This document shows positions 31,634 to 41,091 of a stretch of 64,000 nt of DNA, piece by piece; the stretch's first letter is position 1, and the number at the start of each line of letters is the position of its first letter. The notes under the pieces were generated by a model. The model ran no database searches and had not been told where the DNA came from. It saw only the letters and a list, made by a program, of their open reading frames with translations. The stretch comes from a virus. The position numbers were made by a program, and so were the translations under genes. The stretch lies in IMG/VR virus record IMGVR_UViG_3300035162_002132; one strand, given 5' to 3'.

Positions 31634-31876
31634 TTAATTACCTTTCCTTTTCTCTTCTTCTAGATTTTTCTTTGCTCTTGCTATGAATGACTTCTGTCCT
31701 GCTGTTTTGTTTTTTGGTTGTTGCATGAACTCATTCATCCAACTAGTGTCTGCTGCTTCTTCCAATTCTTCAGGAAGTTTATAGTCAGGTTTCTGCATAT
31801 CTTCATCATCACCAAACTCATCTGCTACTGATTGTTCATAAGGAGTTAATGTTTTTAGTATATCTTTCCAACTCAT
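31634..31876 (-). CDS. Tagged protein (MSWKDILK; start revised to 31876)
   Basis: GGTGA RBS then TAAAATG after the upstream stop. Confidence 0.75.
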   Translation of the reverse strand: MSWKDILKTLTPYEQSVADEFGDDEDMQKPDYKLPEELEEAADTSWMNEFMQQPKNKTAGQKSFIARAKKNLEEEKRKGN

Positions 31877-31877
31877 T

Positions 31878-32195
31878 TTATTCACCATGTCTATATTTAG
31901 CACCATAATTAGATATAAATTTTGAATCCTGTCTGTCGGCAGATAAATTTTCTGTTGACCCGCCATATTTTGCTACTTCAATTAAATCTTTATCCAAGTC
32001 ATCTAATATTTTTCTTAAGTCTTTAACATGAGTTTTAATCATTACTTCGCTAACTTCTGTTGGTTTTGCAATTTCTTCTTCTATAAAAGTAAGTTTCAGT
32101 TCCATAGACTTTAGCCTACTATGTATACCAATAAATCTACCATGCTCTGATTGTGGCCCTTGAAATTTTTCTTTCAATACGTCTTCCCAACTCAT
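31878..32195 (-). CDS. Tagged protein (MSWEDVLK)
   Basis: Tag plus GGTGATTTAGAATG start block. Confidence 0.75.
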   Translation of the reverse strand: MSWEDVLKEKFQGPQSEHGRFIGIHSRLKSMELKLTFIEEEIAKPTEVSEVMIKTHVKDLRKILDDLDKDLIEVAKYGGSTENLSADRQDSKFISNYGAKYRHGE

Positions 32196-32206
32196 TCTAA
32201 ATCACC

Positions 32207-32566
32207 TTATATCTTATACACATACTCAGCCTTTTTATCTGAAGGTGTTATATTATTTACATAAACCTCAACATGATAGTCTCCTGCATCGGTGTCAGGG
32301 TTTCCAAAAAGCGACTTCGGAAATCTTTCTTTCATAATATGTGCTAATAGTTTCTTTTCCAACATATCTCTAACCATGCTTTTTGTTTCTTTTTCTGTTA
32401 TAAAATCTGCTTCTCCATGCATAACGCTACTGCTAGGGTCTTTTACTTCTACACGGGCTGATAACTCAAAATGTAAATCGTCAAAAGCAACTCCTTTTAC
32501 GGGTTCAGAAGGTGATGTAAACTTTTTACTTTCACCATCATTTTTTACTATATCTTTCCAACTCAT
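32207..32566 (-). CDS. Tagged protein (MSWKDIVK)
   Basis: Tag plus identical start block. Confidence 0.75.
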   Translation of the reverse strand: MSWKDIVKNDGESKKFTSPSEPVKGVAFDDLHFELSARVEVKDPSSSVMHGEADFITEKETKSMVRDMLEKKLLAHIMKERFPKSLFGNPDTDAGDYHVEVYVNNITPSDKKAEYVYKI

Positions 32567-32572
32567 TCTAAA

Positions 32573-32983
32573 TCACCGCTTCCTCATATTTGTTGGTCTT
32601 CCTTGTTTCGAATAATCTTTTTCTCTCTCAAAGTTTCCATGTATATCCATATGAAAGTAGGTAATATAATTCCTTTTATCACTTACGAAACCCGCAGTAT
32701 TGTAATTTCTATCCCGAACACCAACATACAAACCCTTTTCGAATTCGTTTTGGTCGAAACGTGCAGGGTCACCAAAGATATGAATATCTAATTCTTTTCC
32801 TAACCCATCTAAAGCACTACCATCATTAATTTCCTTCTGCATTTCATTTATCTTTTTTTGGTTATAATCTGTTTTTTCAAAAAGATGTCTATTTAAAAAT
32901 CTTTCAACTTCTTTTTCTAACCTATCAATAAGTTTTGCACTAGAATTTGTTTCGGTTTTTTTTAATATACTTTCCCAACTCAT
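32573..32983 (-). CDS. Tagged protein (MSWESILK)
   Basis: Tag plus identical start block. Confidence 0.75.
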   Translation of the reverse strand: MSWESILKKTETNSSAKLIDRLEKEVERFLNRHLFEKTDYNQKKINEMQKEINDGSALDGLGKELDIHIFGDPARFDQNEFEKGLYVGVRDRNYNTAGFVSDKRNYITYFHMDIHGNFEREKDYSKQGRPTNMRKR

Positions 32984-33053
32984 TCTAAATCACCTACTAT
33001 TGGTAAACTCATTCCTACATTCCAAACTATTATATCTGTAAATAATCTTAATT

Positions 33054-34712
33054 TCATCCTACTCTCCTCTCTGTTCTCTTGTCCACATTTTCATTTCCTG
33101 CTTCTCTTGGTAATCCAGTAAATCTCTTATCAGGGCCAGTTGACATGGACGGCTTGTTCCTCGTAGCCGGGGGGTTCTCTTGAGGTTTGCTATTTTCTCC
33201 ATCTTGATTACCCATCATCATCTGTTCTTGCATTTGTCCCATTTGACTAGCATCAACATCTGTTCCTGCATATGGGTCTAAACTAACATCTTCCTTTCCT
33301 TCACTACTTTCTCCCTGTTCAGGTTGGGGTTTAGGTTTAGTGTAAATGAATCTCCCTTCATCATCCATATCAACTTCGAATCCTAAGTTCTTAATCGCAG
33401 CAGCAACGTTAACTTCTATCTCTCTCTTACGAAGAACAGCAATCTCATCTTCTTCTTCTGATGGAGGTAACTTAAGTTGCCAATCTGTAATACCAAACTC
33501 CTTAGTCATAAACGGGAAAACATAGTTGTTCCAAATAGTCTGTGCCATTTCTACTGCTCTGTTAGTAACTAGTACTTGCATACCCTCATTATTGAGTCCA
33601 CCACTAGCAGAGTTATCAGCCATGAAAATCTTACTAACTCCATAGAAAGCAGATATTCTATCTCTTAAATCATCTTTAACTTGTATGTAGTCCATCTCTT
33701 TCAGACTGTCCATGAACTTAACCCATTCAACAGAACCCTTACCACCTTCAGATTCTATTCCCATTACTGGTATAAAGTGTGGGTCTTGTTCCATCTTCTC
33801 TTTGACCCCACGCCAAAAAGATTTCATAGAATCCATGTTTCTAGTTTGAACTGCCAATATTCCTTTAGGCATTCTTGCCTTAGTATATGATGAATTAACA
33901 TAGTTTTCCATAGCAATTAAAGTAGTCACATTATTCCATAATGTTATCACAGGTGAAAGACCATACAAACGACTAGGGGAATACTTACTAAAATGTAATA
34001 CTTCACCTTTCACGAAATACTGTTCTTCTCCATTTACTCTATTAACATAATGAACGGGGTGTAGTTCTGAACTACAAACTTCACATAATTCAGTGGTAGT
34101 TGAATGTATTCTATCACGATGACGCAAACAAGTAAACCCACTCTTTCCTCTTTCACCTAGTTCATTAGAATAAATATGCATCGTCACTGGGTCGCCACGG
34201 TAAACTTCTTTGATTCTATGCATTCTAACTGAGTTATTATTATCTGCAAAATACTCTTTAACCATAACCATGTATGCATCGTCCATAATATTCAAATCAT
34301 CCTCAAGTTCTTTAAGAACATCAATAAACATCTGTTCTGAACAATTAACATATCCTTCTAAGAAGTCTTTAGCATATTTTAATTGCTCAGGATTTGGTTT
34401 GTTTAAATCTACACTACCACAGTCTGCACATTCTTTTGTTGCATTTTCATGTTCTTTACCACAAGACCCACATTTAACTGCAAACATAGCATCCCAATGG
34501 TATCCTCGTCTAAATATTTCTTGTTTAAGTTGAGTAATACAAGTTCTAACAATAGTAGACTGAGTAACTATATGATATATTATGGGAGATGTTAACATAT
34601 AAGAGGTATCTTTTTCCTGAATACCCATGTTGAATACTGTTCTATCTGCGGGTTTTGGCGTAGTCTGCCTAAACAGATTACTAACACTAAATCTTCTTTT
34701 TTCTTCTACCAT
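33054..34712 (-). CDS. Portal protein with Zn-ribbon insertions
   Basis: VRTCITQLKQEI, DLNIMDDAY, EVLHFSKYSPSRLYGLSPV, RISAFYGVSKIFM portal motifs; near TerL. Confidence 0.85.
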   Translation of the reverse strand: MVEEKRRFSVSNLFRQTTPKPADRTVFNMGIQEKDTSYMLTSPIIYHIVTQSTIVRTCITQLKQEIFRRGYHWDAMFAVKCGSCGKEHENATKECADCGSVDLNKPNPEQLKYAKDFLEGYVNCSEQMFIDVLKELEDDLNIMDDAYMVMVKEYFADNNNSVRMHRIKEVYRGDPVTMHIYSNELGERGKSGFTCLRHRDRIHSTTTELCEVCSSELHPVHYVNRVNGEEQYFVKGEVLHFSKYSPSRLYGLSPVITLWNNVTTLIAMENYVNSSYTKARMPKGILAVQTRNMDSMKSFWRGVKEKMEQDPHFIPVMGIESEGGKGSVEWVKFMDSLKEMDYIQVKDDLRDRISAFYGVSKIFMADNSASGGLNNEGMQVLVTNRAVEMAQTIWNNYVFPFMTKEFGITDWQLKLPPSEEEDEIAVLRKREIEVNVAAAIKNLGFEVDMDDEGRFIYTKPKPQPEQGESSEGKEDVSLDPYAGTDVDASQMGQMQEQMMMGNQDGENSKPQENPPATRNKPSMSTGPDKRFTGLPREAGNENVDKRTERRVG

Positions 34713-34713
34713 G

Positions 34714-35025
34714 TTACCACTTCACTTTGTTAGCCCAATATGCCGCAGACTGTTTTCCACGCTTAATATTCTTAGCATGTCTAGCCTTAAAACTATCTTG
34801 CTTCTTTTTTCGTTTCCCTTTTGGATTGTCAGTGGTTACGGTGTCTGCTCCCTGCTCACCAAACCGTATGGTTTTAATTTTAGTTTGTTTACCATCTTTC
34901 CATCTAGCAACTACAACGTGAGATTTCTTAGAATGCTTAGGAGTTCTCTTTGGTTTGTTAAAACCGGAAACCCCTGCCCTCTTTAATCTAGGGTCTTTTT
35001 CTTTAATAATATCAAACCAAGTCAT
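34714..35025 (-). CDS. Tagged basic protein (MTWFDIIK) of a widespread marine-phage family
   Basis: KDPRLKRAGVSGFNKPKRTP...IRFGEQG...SAAYWANKVKW, recognised from memory of marine phage hypotheticals. Confidence 0.75.
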   Translation of the reverse strand: MTWFDIIKEKDPRLKRAGVSGFNKPKRTPKHSKKSHVVVARWKDGKQTKIKTIRFGEQGADTVTTDNPKGKRKKKQDSFKARHAKNIKRGKQSAAYWANKVKW

Positions 35026-36347
35026 ATTACTCCCTCCAACTTATCCATTTCCGACATCATACAATTGTCATGTAGTTTAGAAACAGTATCTATATCAATA
35101 TCATAACTAGTAAAATCAAAACCAACATGGTCTTTATGGTTTTCATATTTCATCAACTTAAACAGGTCATGTTTTCTACCATGATACCAATCAGTCTTCT
35201 TATGTGATTTTTTCATTCTAATTAACTCTAGTAGAATATCAGCATTTGGCCCTTTCATTCTAAAATGTGGCCTACATTTAGTTAATATTTCAGTTACATC
35301 TGCGGCGGAATAAAAATTTAATCTATTCACTGGTCTAGTATCTTGCGGAGATTTTTGGTCTAGATGTAGTCTGCCACAACCTAGAGATTTATGCATTTCT
35401 AACATGAAAGCCTTACCTCTTTCACCCGTAGCGACTAACCCAACTCTAGGGTTATATTTTTTATCCATAGTTATGTAGCCATCTGAATCTATGAATGCTG
35501 CTGTATATGCATAAATATCTTTTTTAATCTCGTCACTAAATTTGTAGAATGCACCATCAACAGAAGTAATATTACTTTGTATAGCCATTTTAGCAATTAT
35601 ACTAGGTGTAGTTTTATTGAACAACGGCTTCGGTAATCTTTCATGTATTTGCCTAGCCGATACACCTGACTCTTCACAAACAATACTGGTTATGTGATGT
35701 TTTAGAATATCTTTTTGAGTAGTAGTTTTCATATGTTTCTTTAACACTCGTTTGAACTCTCTCTTAGAATTAGTCATTAACTTAGTTAATGAACAAAATT
35801 CAGAATTATAAGGCATACCATCTTTCTCTACTTTGGCTTCCCAATATTTGCATAGAACATCAATCAATTCTCTTCTAGTATTTTCATCATTAACATATGA
35901 AAGTTTGATTAAGTGGTCTTCAGTACAAGTCATATTTTTTAGTACAGGTTTATATTTTCTAACCCAGTAAATAGAATCCATACTACTATCTAAATGGTCT
36001 GAATATGCTTTAATTAAATTCTCTATTGAATGTGTAATTTTTACTTTATCTTCGCCTTTCAACTTTCTTCTATATTTTTTCAGAGATTTAATAGTTCTAG
36101 GAATATCATTTCCTTCTATCTCATATTTCTTTAAGTTATATTTTAATTCTGATTTAGCATCAGATAGAGACAATCTGAAATCCTCTGCAAACTTCTTTTC
36201 CAAAGTAGTATGGTCTTCTAAAGTAGTAGTTGATAACCACTTCCTTTTCATTTCATCAGTGATTCTATTTTGTTCGTCTTCTGCGGTTTCTTTTCTTCTT
36301 GCTACTTCAGCAAGTTCCTCAAATTTTTCACTTTCTTTTTCCGCCAT
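35022..36347 (-). CDS. LAGLIDADG endonuclease-domain protein with long N-terminal extension
   Basis: AYTAAFIDSDGYI motif then PRVGLV, LGCGRLH, RLNFYS; wHTH-like GVSARQIHERL precedes it. Confidence 0.8.
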   Translation of the reverse strand: MAEKESEKFEELAEVARRKETAEDEQNRITDEMKRKWLSTTTLEDHTTLEKKFAEDFRLSLSDAKSELKYNLKKYEIEGNDIPRTIKSLKKYRRKLKGEDKVKITHSIENLIKAYSDHLDSSMDSIYWVRKYKPVLKNMTCTEDHLIKLSYVNDENTRRELIDVLCKYWEAKVEKDGMPYNSEFCSLTKLMTNSKREFKRVLKKHMKTTTQKDILKHHITSIVCEESGVSARQIHERLPKPLFNKTTPSIIAKMAIQSNITSVDGAFYKFSDEIKKDIYAYTAAFIDSDGYITMDKKYNPRVGLVATGERGKAFMLEMHKSLGCGRLHLDQKSPQDTRPVNRLNFYSAADVTEILTKCRPHFRMKGPNADILLELIRMKKSHKKTDWYHGRKHDLFKLMKYENHKDHVGFDFTSYDIDIDTVSKLHDNCMMSEMDKLEGVI

Positions 36348-36358
36348 ACAATTACCCC

Positions 36359-37792
36359 CTAGAAGTTTAGCCCTGCCATACCGCCTAAAGACCTATTCAT
36401 AGGTTTAGGTGTATCGAATAATCCCATATCATCCAATAACATGAAGACATCTTGAGTTTTTGTAGCGCAAGAAACGGCCAATGCTAAACTCATAACCAAG
36501 TCATCATGCGCACCTACACCTTCAAATCTACCGCTATGGGTAATAGAAAACATAGATAGTTCTTCAATTAAAGCATTAGTCAAAGTTCTACTATTATTAT
36601 CACCATAAGGAAAGTGTATCTTACCATTCTCTATATTCATTTGTAGGCTTAAAATAATCTCTTGTTTATTTTTTCTAGTAGTAGTAAAGTCTCTAACATT
36701 CAAATCTGAAATACTTCTAAGTTCTTGCGTAAACGCTTTAGCAAAAGTATTAGTTTCATAGAGTATTTCTTCAGGTTCAAATATTCTACCAATCAACCGT
36801 ATTTTCTCAATGTTCTCTCTAAAGTCAACATTCTTTGCTCTGTCTACATGAACAATAGTTTTGTTCTTCTCATCATCAACTTCTATAACAGTAATAACAT
36901 TGTAGTCTCCATCAGTTGAGATAGCAGGGTCAACCCCAACATAATATTTGTAGCCCTTATCTTTTCTATGTCCTAGTCTCAAAACGTAATCTTTGTTTTT
37001 ACATTTAGTAATAAACTCAGGATTAAACAAGGCTGTACCAGTAGATATAGGGACACATAGATATTCTCTTGTAAATTTCAAAGAACCTATCTCTGCTTTC
37101 CTACGCATGAGAGCATCGTAATCCCATCTTTCCGGCCAAAGTGGTTCGTTCATAGAAGTAAGACATGGATATTTATTAACAGTATATGCAGGGTTTTCTT
37201 CTAACTGTGCAAATATGTCGGTGTAAGTAAATGGAGTTCCAATCATTCTCAATTTAGAAGTATGATGTAATGTTGGTATCATATCTCCAAAGAACCAATC
37301 AGTAACTCGCTGAATACCTGCAAGACTAAACTCTTTCAAAGGGTCGTCAATGATAATTTCTTGAGGATGAAGACCTCTAATCTGAGAACCAACAGAACGT
37401 TCTAAAATAGCGTTACCATTTGTGAGTTGTATATTACCAATAGCCCAACCCCTACTAGGTTTGAATTTTTTAAGTGCCGGTAAATTGAAGTATCTATCAA
37501 TCTCTCTCATATGAACTAGAGTTTGTTTTTGGTTAGAAGATATGTATAACATTTGATACGGTGGTTCTTGGAAACATAAGTTCCATACTACCCAACTGTG
37601 CATAAAGACAGATTTTCCGTGGTCACGACTACAAACAATAACAGTTCTATCTGTTGTCTCCATTGTCTCTAACCATTCATGCATGTATTTAGGATACATC
37701 ATCCCTAGTACATTCTGAAAAAAATAAGGAAACGATGTTTTAGATATTTCCATGTCCATAGAGGATATAAAATCTAAGTCACCTAATTCCAT
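36359..37792 (-). CDS. terL: Terminase large subunit
   Basis: Walker A SRDHGKS, Walker B IIIDD, coupling GTP, nuclease GVDPA and HDDLVMSLALA. Confidence 0.92.
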   Translation of the reverse strand: MELGDLDFISSMDMEISKTSFPYFFQNVLGMMYPKYMHEWLETMETTDRTVIVCSRDHGKSVFMHSWVVWNLCFQEPPYQMLYISSNQKQTLVHMREIDRYFNLPALKKFKPSRGWAIGNIQLTNGNAILERSVGSQIRGLHPQEIIIDDPLKEFSLAGIQRVTDWFFGDMIPTLHHTSKLRMIGTPFTYTDIFAQLEENPAYTVNKYPCLTSMNEPLWPERWDYDALMRRKAEIGSLKFTREYLCVPISTGTALFNPEFITKCKNKDYVLRLGHRKDKGYKYYVGVDPAISTDGDYNVITVIEVDDEKNKTIVHVDRAKNVDFRENIEKIRLIGRIFEPEEILYETNTFAKAFTQELRSISDLNVRDFTTTRKNKQEIILSLQMNIENGKIHFPYGDNNSRTLTNALIEELSMFSITHSGRFEGVGAHDDLVMSLALAVSCATKTQDVFMLLDDMGLFDTPKPMNRSLGGMAGLNF

Positions 37793-37793
37793 C

Positions 37794-38354
37794 TTACTTC
37801 CTCATAATATAAAACCAATTAGAAGCAGGGCGGTAATACAATTTTCTAATGGCTGTTGTAGGGGCATTTTCTCTCGCTAATTTTTCAAAGACTTCTTTAA
37901 CATCTTCAGGAATATCATCTTGGCCTATTACTTTCCTATTACCATCAAACTGTATTTCTTGAAATCCTTGACGATTAACAAAAACAGAGAGTCCTTTAGG
38001 CATAGCCTCTCCTACTATTGGCCTATGACTATGTAAATCAATTACTTTTTTTGATACCCATAATCCTGCACCCCTAGTTTGTTCTCTAGATAACCCAGTT
38101 TCTGTTGCATGGCTCTTTAACCCAGTCAACAAAAATATATTTTTGTAAGGAGCAATACCTTGAACTGCAACAGGTTTTCCATCTTTTACTGTTGGATGAT
38201 ACGCAATGTAATACTTTGGTCTAACTCGTGCAAACATTGTATTGTTCATTAGTTTATATCGTTGCGCTCTAGTTTCGTAGGTAATACCATGTTCAGCAAA
38301 TACCCTAACCACCTCTTCCTCAGACATAGGGTTAGATATTTGAAACTCTTCCAT
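37794..38354 (-). CDS. Possible GNAT-fold acetyltransferase
   Basis: QTRGAG (motif A-like) and GLSVFVNRQGF (motif B-like); ends NWFYIMRK. Confidence 0.45.
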   Translation of the reverse strand: MEEFQISNPMSEEEVVRVFAEHGITYETRAQRYKLMNNTMFARVRPKYYIAYHPTVKDGKPVAVQGIAPYKNIFLLTGLKSHATETGLSREQTRGAGLWVSKKVIDLHSHRPIVGEAMPKGLSVFVNRQGFQEIQFDGNRKVIGQDDIPEDVKEVFEKLARENAPTTAIRKLYYRPASNWFYIMRK

Positions 38355-38358
38355 CTAA

Positions 38359-41091
38359 TCACCTAAAATTTGCTTTGAGGAAATACACTCCTTCTTTTGG
38401 TACTCCGTGTTTTTTACTCAGTTCTTCCATTGACGTTGTTTCAGAAACAATATTTTGAATTTCATATGCAGAAATATCAACATGATATTTTGATTTCATA
38501 ATGAGCATAGCAGAATGAACGTGTTCGAAATTATCCGTCTTAGCAGTATTATAGTATATCGGTTTACCTAACATTTTTCGAATACTATCGTGTGCATCTA
38601 ATAACTTAGTATCAATATCACTTCTTATGATTTTCATACCATCAACAGCAATAACAAATCTCTGTACTATTGTATTAGCACCTTTAGTTCGTCTATCCTT
38701 TCCACGAACCATTGTTCTTTTACTACCACTGTAACCACCGATGTTTCTTTTGATATGACTTTCAATTGCTTCAAATGGATATACGTTTGATTCATCATAT
38801 AGTTTATTCCACTCTGATGGAGTCTTACCTCTTGCATTTGGGAATTTTTCACCTTCAGGCCAACTAATGTCGTTGGCTTCTAATACCTTATGTAAATAAG
38901 TTCCAAACTCTATGTTAGTTTCTTGTGATAATATGGAGTTTCTTTTATTCATAAGAACAAAGTTAACTGCTTTTATTCCCTTTGTTAGTTCATTCACTAA
39001 TCTACCAATATCTTTCTTATCATCTACCGAACTCAGGAACTCTAACATTCTAGTCAAATCTTCCAACTCATTCGCTTTAACCATTAAGTGTCCTGCTCTG
39101 CCTTCTAACGCTAACACTTTGAACAATGCCGTATCTGTTCTACCTGTTGCTAATGCTCTGAATATTCTACGAGTTTTATTTGTTTTAGTGTCAAACGGGA
39201 ACTCATCATCAAATGGTTTGTTAGAACCACTGATGGGAACTACGAAATAATCTAACACTGCTTCAATTAAATCATTAAATTCTTCTCTTGCTTCTTCTAT
39301 ATCTGCTAAGTGGTCTTTTCTGTTTATAGTTCCTAGTTGTGGTCTTTTTTGTGAAGGTACTCCTTCACTAGAAGAACCAACCTTTGCTTGTGCAGGTGAA
39401 GATGCTCTATCTAAATCATCACCTGCGTCTAATATCTTACTTATATTATCTAAGAAATCCCCAATAGCAGATAATTTTTTGTTAATACCACTTTCAGTGT
39501 TCATGGCCTTATCATCAACATTCCAATTTTCTGTCACCATGAATTTGTTTACTGTTTCTGTTAATGGTAAATAATATGGCCCATTTCCACCTTTAGCCAT
39601 AGTTTTCTCTACTTCATCAACATAAGCATTAATCTTATCATCCATATCAACACCAGTAGCCATCTCTCTAGAAGCACCTGCTCCTAACATGGCTTCTCTC
39701 AAAGTGTTAATATCATCTCTAAATGCAACCGTATCTTTGAACGCTCCTGATTCAGCATTGAAAGCATGATAGAAAAGAGGGTCTACTTTAGTAGCCATCC
39801 TTTTAAGTTTAATACCAAACCTAGAAAGTTCTTCTAATTCTTTCTTGTTCTCTGCCGCACTAACATTTCTTTCTTGTGTAACAGCGTCATCAGAATCAAA
39901 CGTCTGACCACCATCTTCTACGGTAACTGTCTCTTTGTAATCCCCACTAGTTTTATCATAATATCCTTCTTTTCTAGCACCTCTATCATCAGAAGTATCC
40001 TTTAGAGTATCTAAACCTACTTCAGCAATAAACTTCTCATATAATGCAAGACCTTTGTGTTTTTTGAAATAAGGTTCAAGTTCTTTAGGATTAATTTTAA
40101 CAACATAATCTAGTTCATTGTTATTGACTGCCGATTTATATGATAGAAACATATCTATTATATCAGCAATCTCTTGTTTATCTTTGTCATCCCTATTGTC
40201 TCCCTCAACTAACATATCTCTAATAGGAAGAAAGGCTTCATTACATGCATTGTATGCGTCTACAAAGTTTTTGTACTTACCCTTATGACCTTTCCAAAAG
40301 TTGTAAATCCTATTACGCCTATCTAATCTTTTAAGGTCTAGTTCACCTATTATTTGGTCAGCATCTAAATGAATTATTTGTTCTTCTACTTTGTCTAATG
40401 GTCTTAAGACTGTAACAAGTGGTTGAAGTCTTCTTTGAATCGCAGGGGTTTGGTTCTGTATTATAAACTTCCATCTCTCTATGTTTTTCATTTTTACATT
40501 TCTATCTCTAAGTGAAACCCTAGTTAGATTCCTATCTTGTTCAATTGTATTCCTATACGTTAATTGTTTACCGTCTTCATCTAAGAAGTTCTTTAAAGTT
40601 TCATGTAATAGTTGTTTATCTCTCGTAATAGATTTATCATCATCAACAGTATCGCTCACTAAGTCAGTACCTTTAACCCCGCCTTTAACTTCAGATAACT
40701 TTAGTAATTGTTTTACCATTAAATCTCTAGTTGTTTTAGGTATGTCACTAAAATCTGAGTATTTAGCGTTAATATCTTCAACAAGCATGTTAGTAAGTTC
40801 GCCCATTTGTTTACCTTTGAGTTGATATTTACTAGAGAGTTTACCATTACTAATAAAATCAGTATCTTTACTCAGAAATCTGTGTAGGAAATCAGGCTTA
40901 AACTCATCAAAATAATCATCAAGTCTATCATCTGCTTCCATCTCTATTTGACTTTGTAGGTTCTTTAATTCATCTTCACTCATGTCTGCATACTTATCAG
41001 ACTCTTTGACTTTCTTTTCCGCAAACTCTTCTAACGAATCAGCGTTAACCATTAGTAATTCAAACACTTCGTATAATTCACTATCATCCAT
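38359..41091 (-). CDS. Large acidic hypothetical protein (910 aa), candidate ejection/internal protein
   Basis: D/E/K-rich helical ORF in the head module. Confidence 0.75.
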   Translation of the reverse strand: MDDSELYEVFELLMVNADSLEEFAEKKVKESDKYADMSEDELKNLQSQIEMEADDRLDDYFDEFKPDFLHRFLSKDTDFISNGKLSSKYQLKGKQMGELTNMLVEDINAKYSDFSDIPKTTRDLMVKQLLKLSEVKGGVKGTDLVSDTVDDDKSITRDKQLLHETLKNFLDEDGKQLTYRNTIEQDRNLTRVSLRDRNVKMKNIERWKFIIQNQTPAIQRRLQPLVTVLRPLDKVEEQIIHLDADQIIGELDLKRLDRRNRIYNFWKGHKGKYKNFVDAYNACNEAFLPIRDMLVEGDNRDDKDKQEIADIIDMFLSYKSAVNNNELDYVVKINPKELEPYFKKHKGLALYEKFIAEVGLDTLKDTSDDRGARKEGYYDKTSGDYKETVTVEDGGQTFDSDDAVTQERNVSAAENKKELEELSRFGIKLKRMATKVDPLFYHAFNAESGAFKDTVAFRDDINTLREAMLGAGASREMATGVDMDDKINAYVDEVEKTMAKGGNGPYYLPLTETVNKFMVTENWNVDDKAMNTESGINKKLSAIGDFLDNISKILDAGDDLDRASSPAQAKVGSSSEGVPSQKRPQLGTINRKDHLADIEEAREEFNDLIEAVLDYFVVPISGSNKPFDDEFPFDTKTNKTRRIFRALATGRTDTALFKVLALEGRAGHLMVKANELEDLTRMLEFLSSVDDKKDIGRLVNELTKGIKAVNFVLMNKRNSILSQETNIEFGTYLHKVLEANDISWPEGEKFPNARGKTPSEWNKLYDESNVYPFEAIESHIKRNIGGYSGSKRTMVRGKDRRTKGANTIVQRFVIAVDGMKIIRSDIDTKLLDAHDSIRKMLGKPIYYNTAKTDNFEHVHSAMLIMKSKYHVDISAYEIQNIVSETTSMEELSKKHGVPKEGVYFLKANFR

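Larger units (their letters stand above)
32187..32994. repeat. Three exact 20-bp direct repeats CCAACTCATTCTAAATCACC (32187, 32558, 32975)
   Basis: On the coding strand each reads GGTGATTTAGA-ATGAGTTGG (RBS, spacer, start of tag); a variant is at about 31868. Confidence 0.9.
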
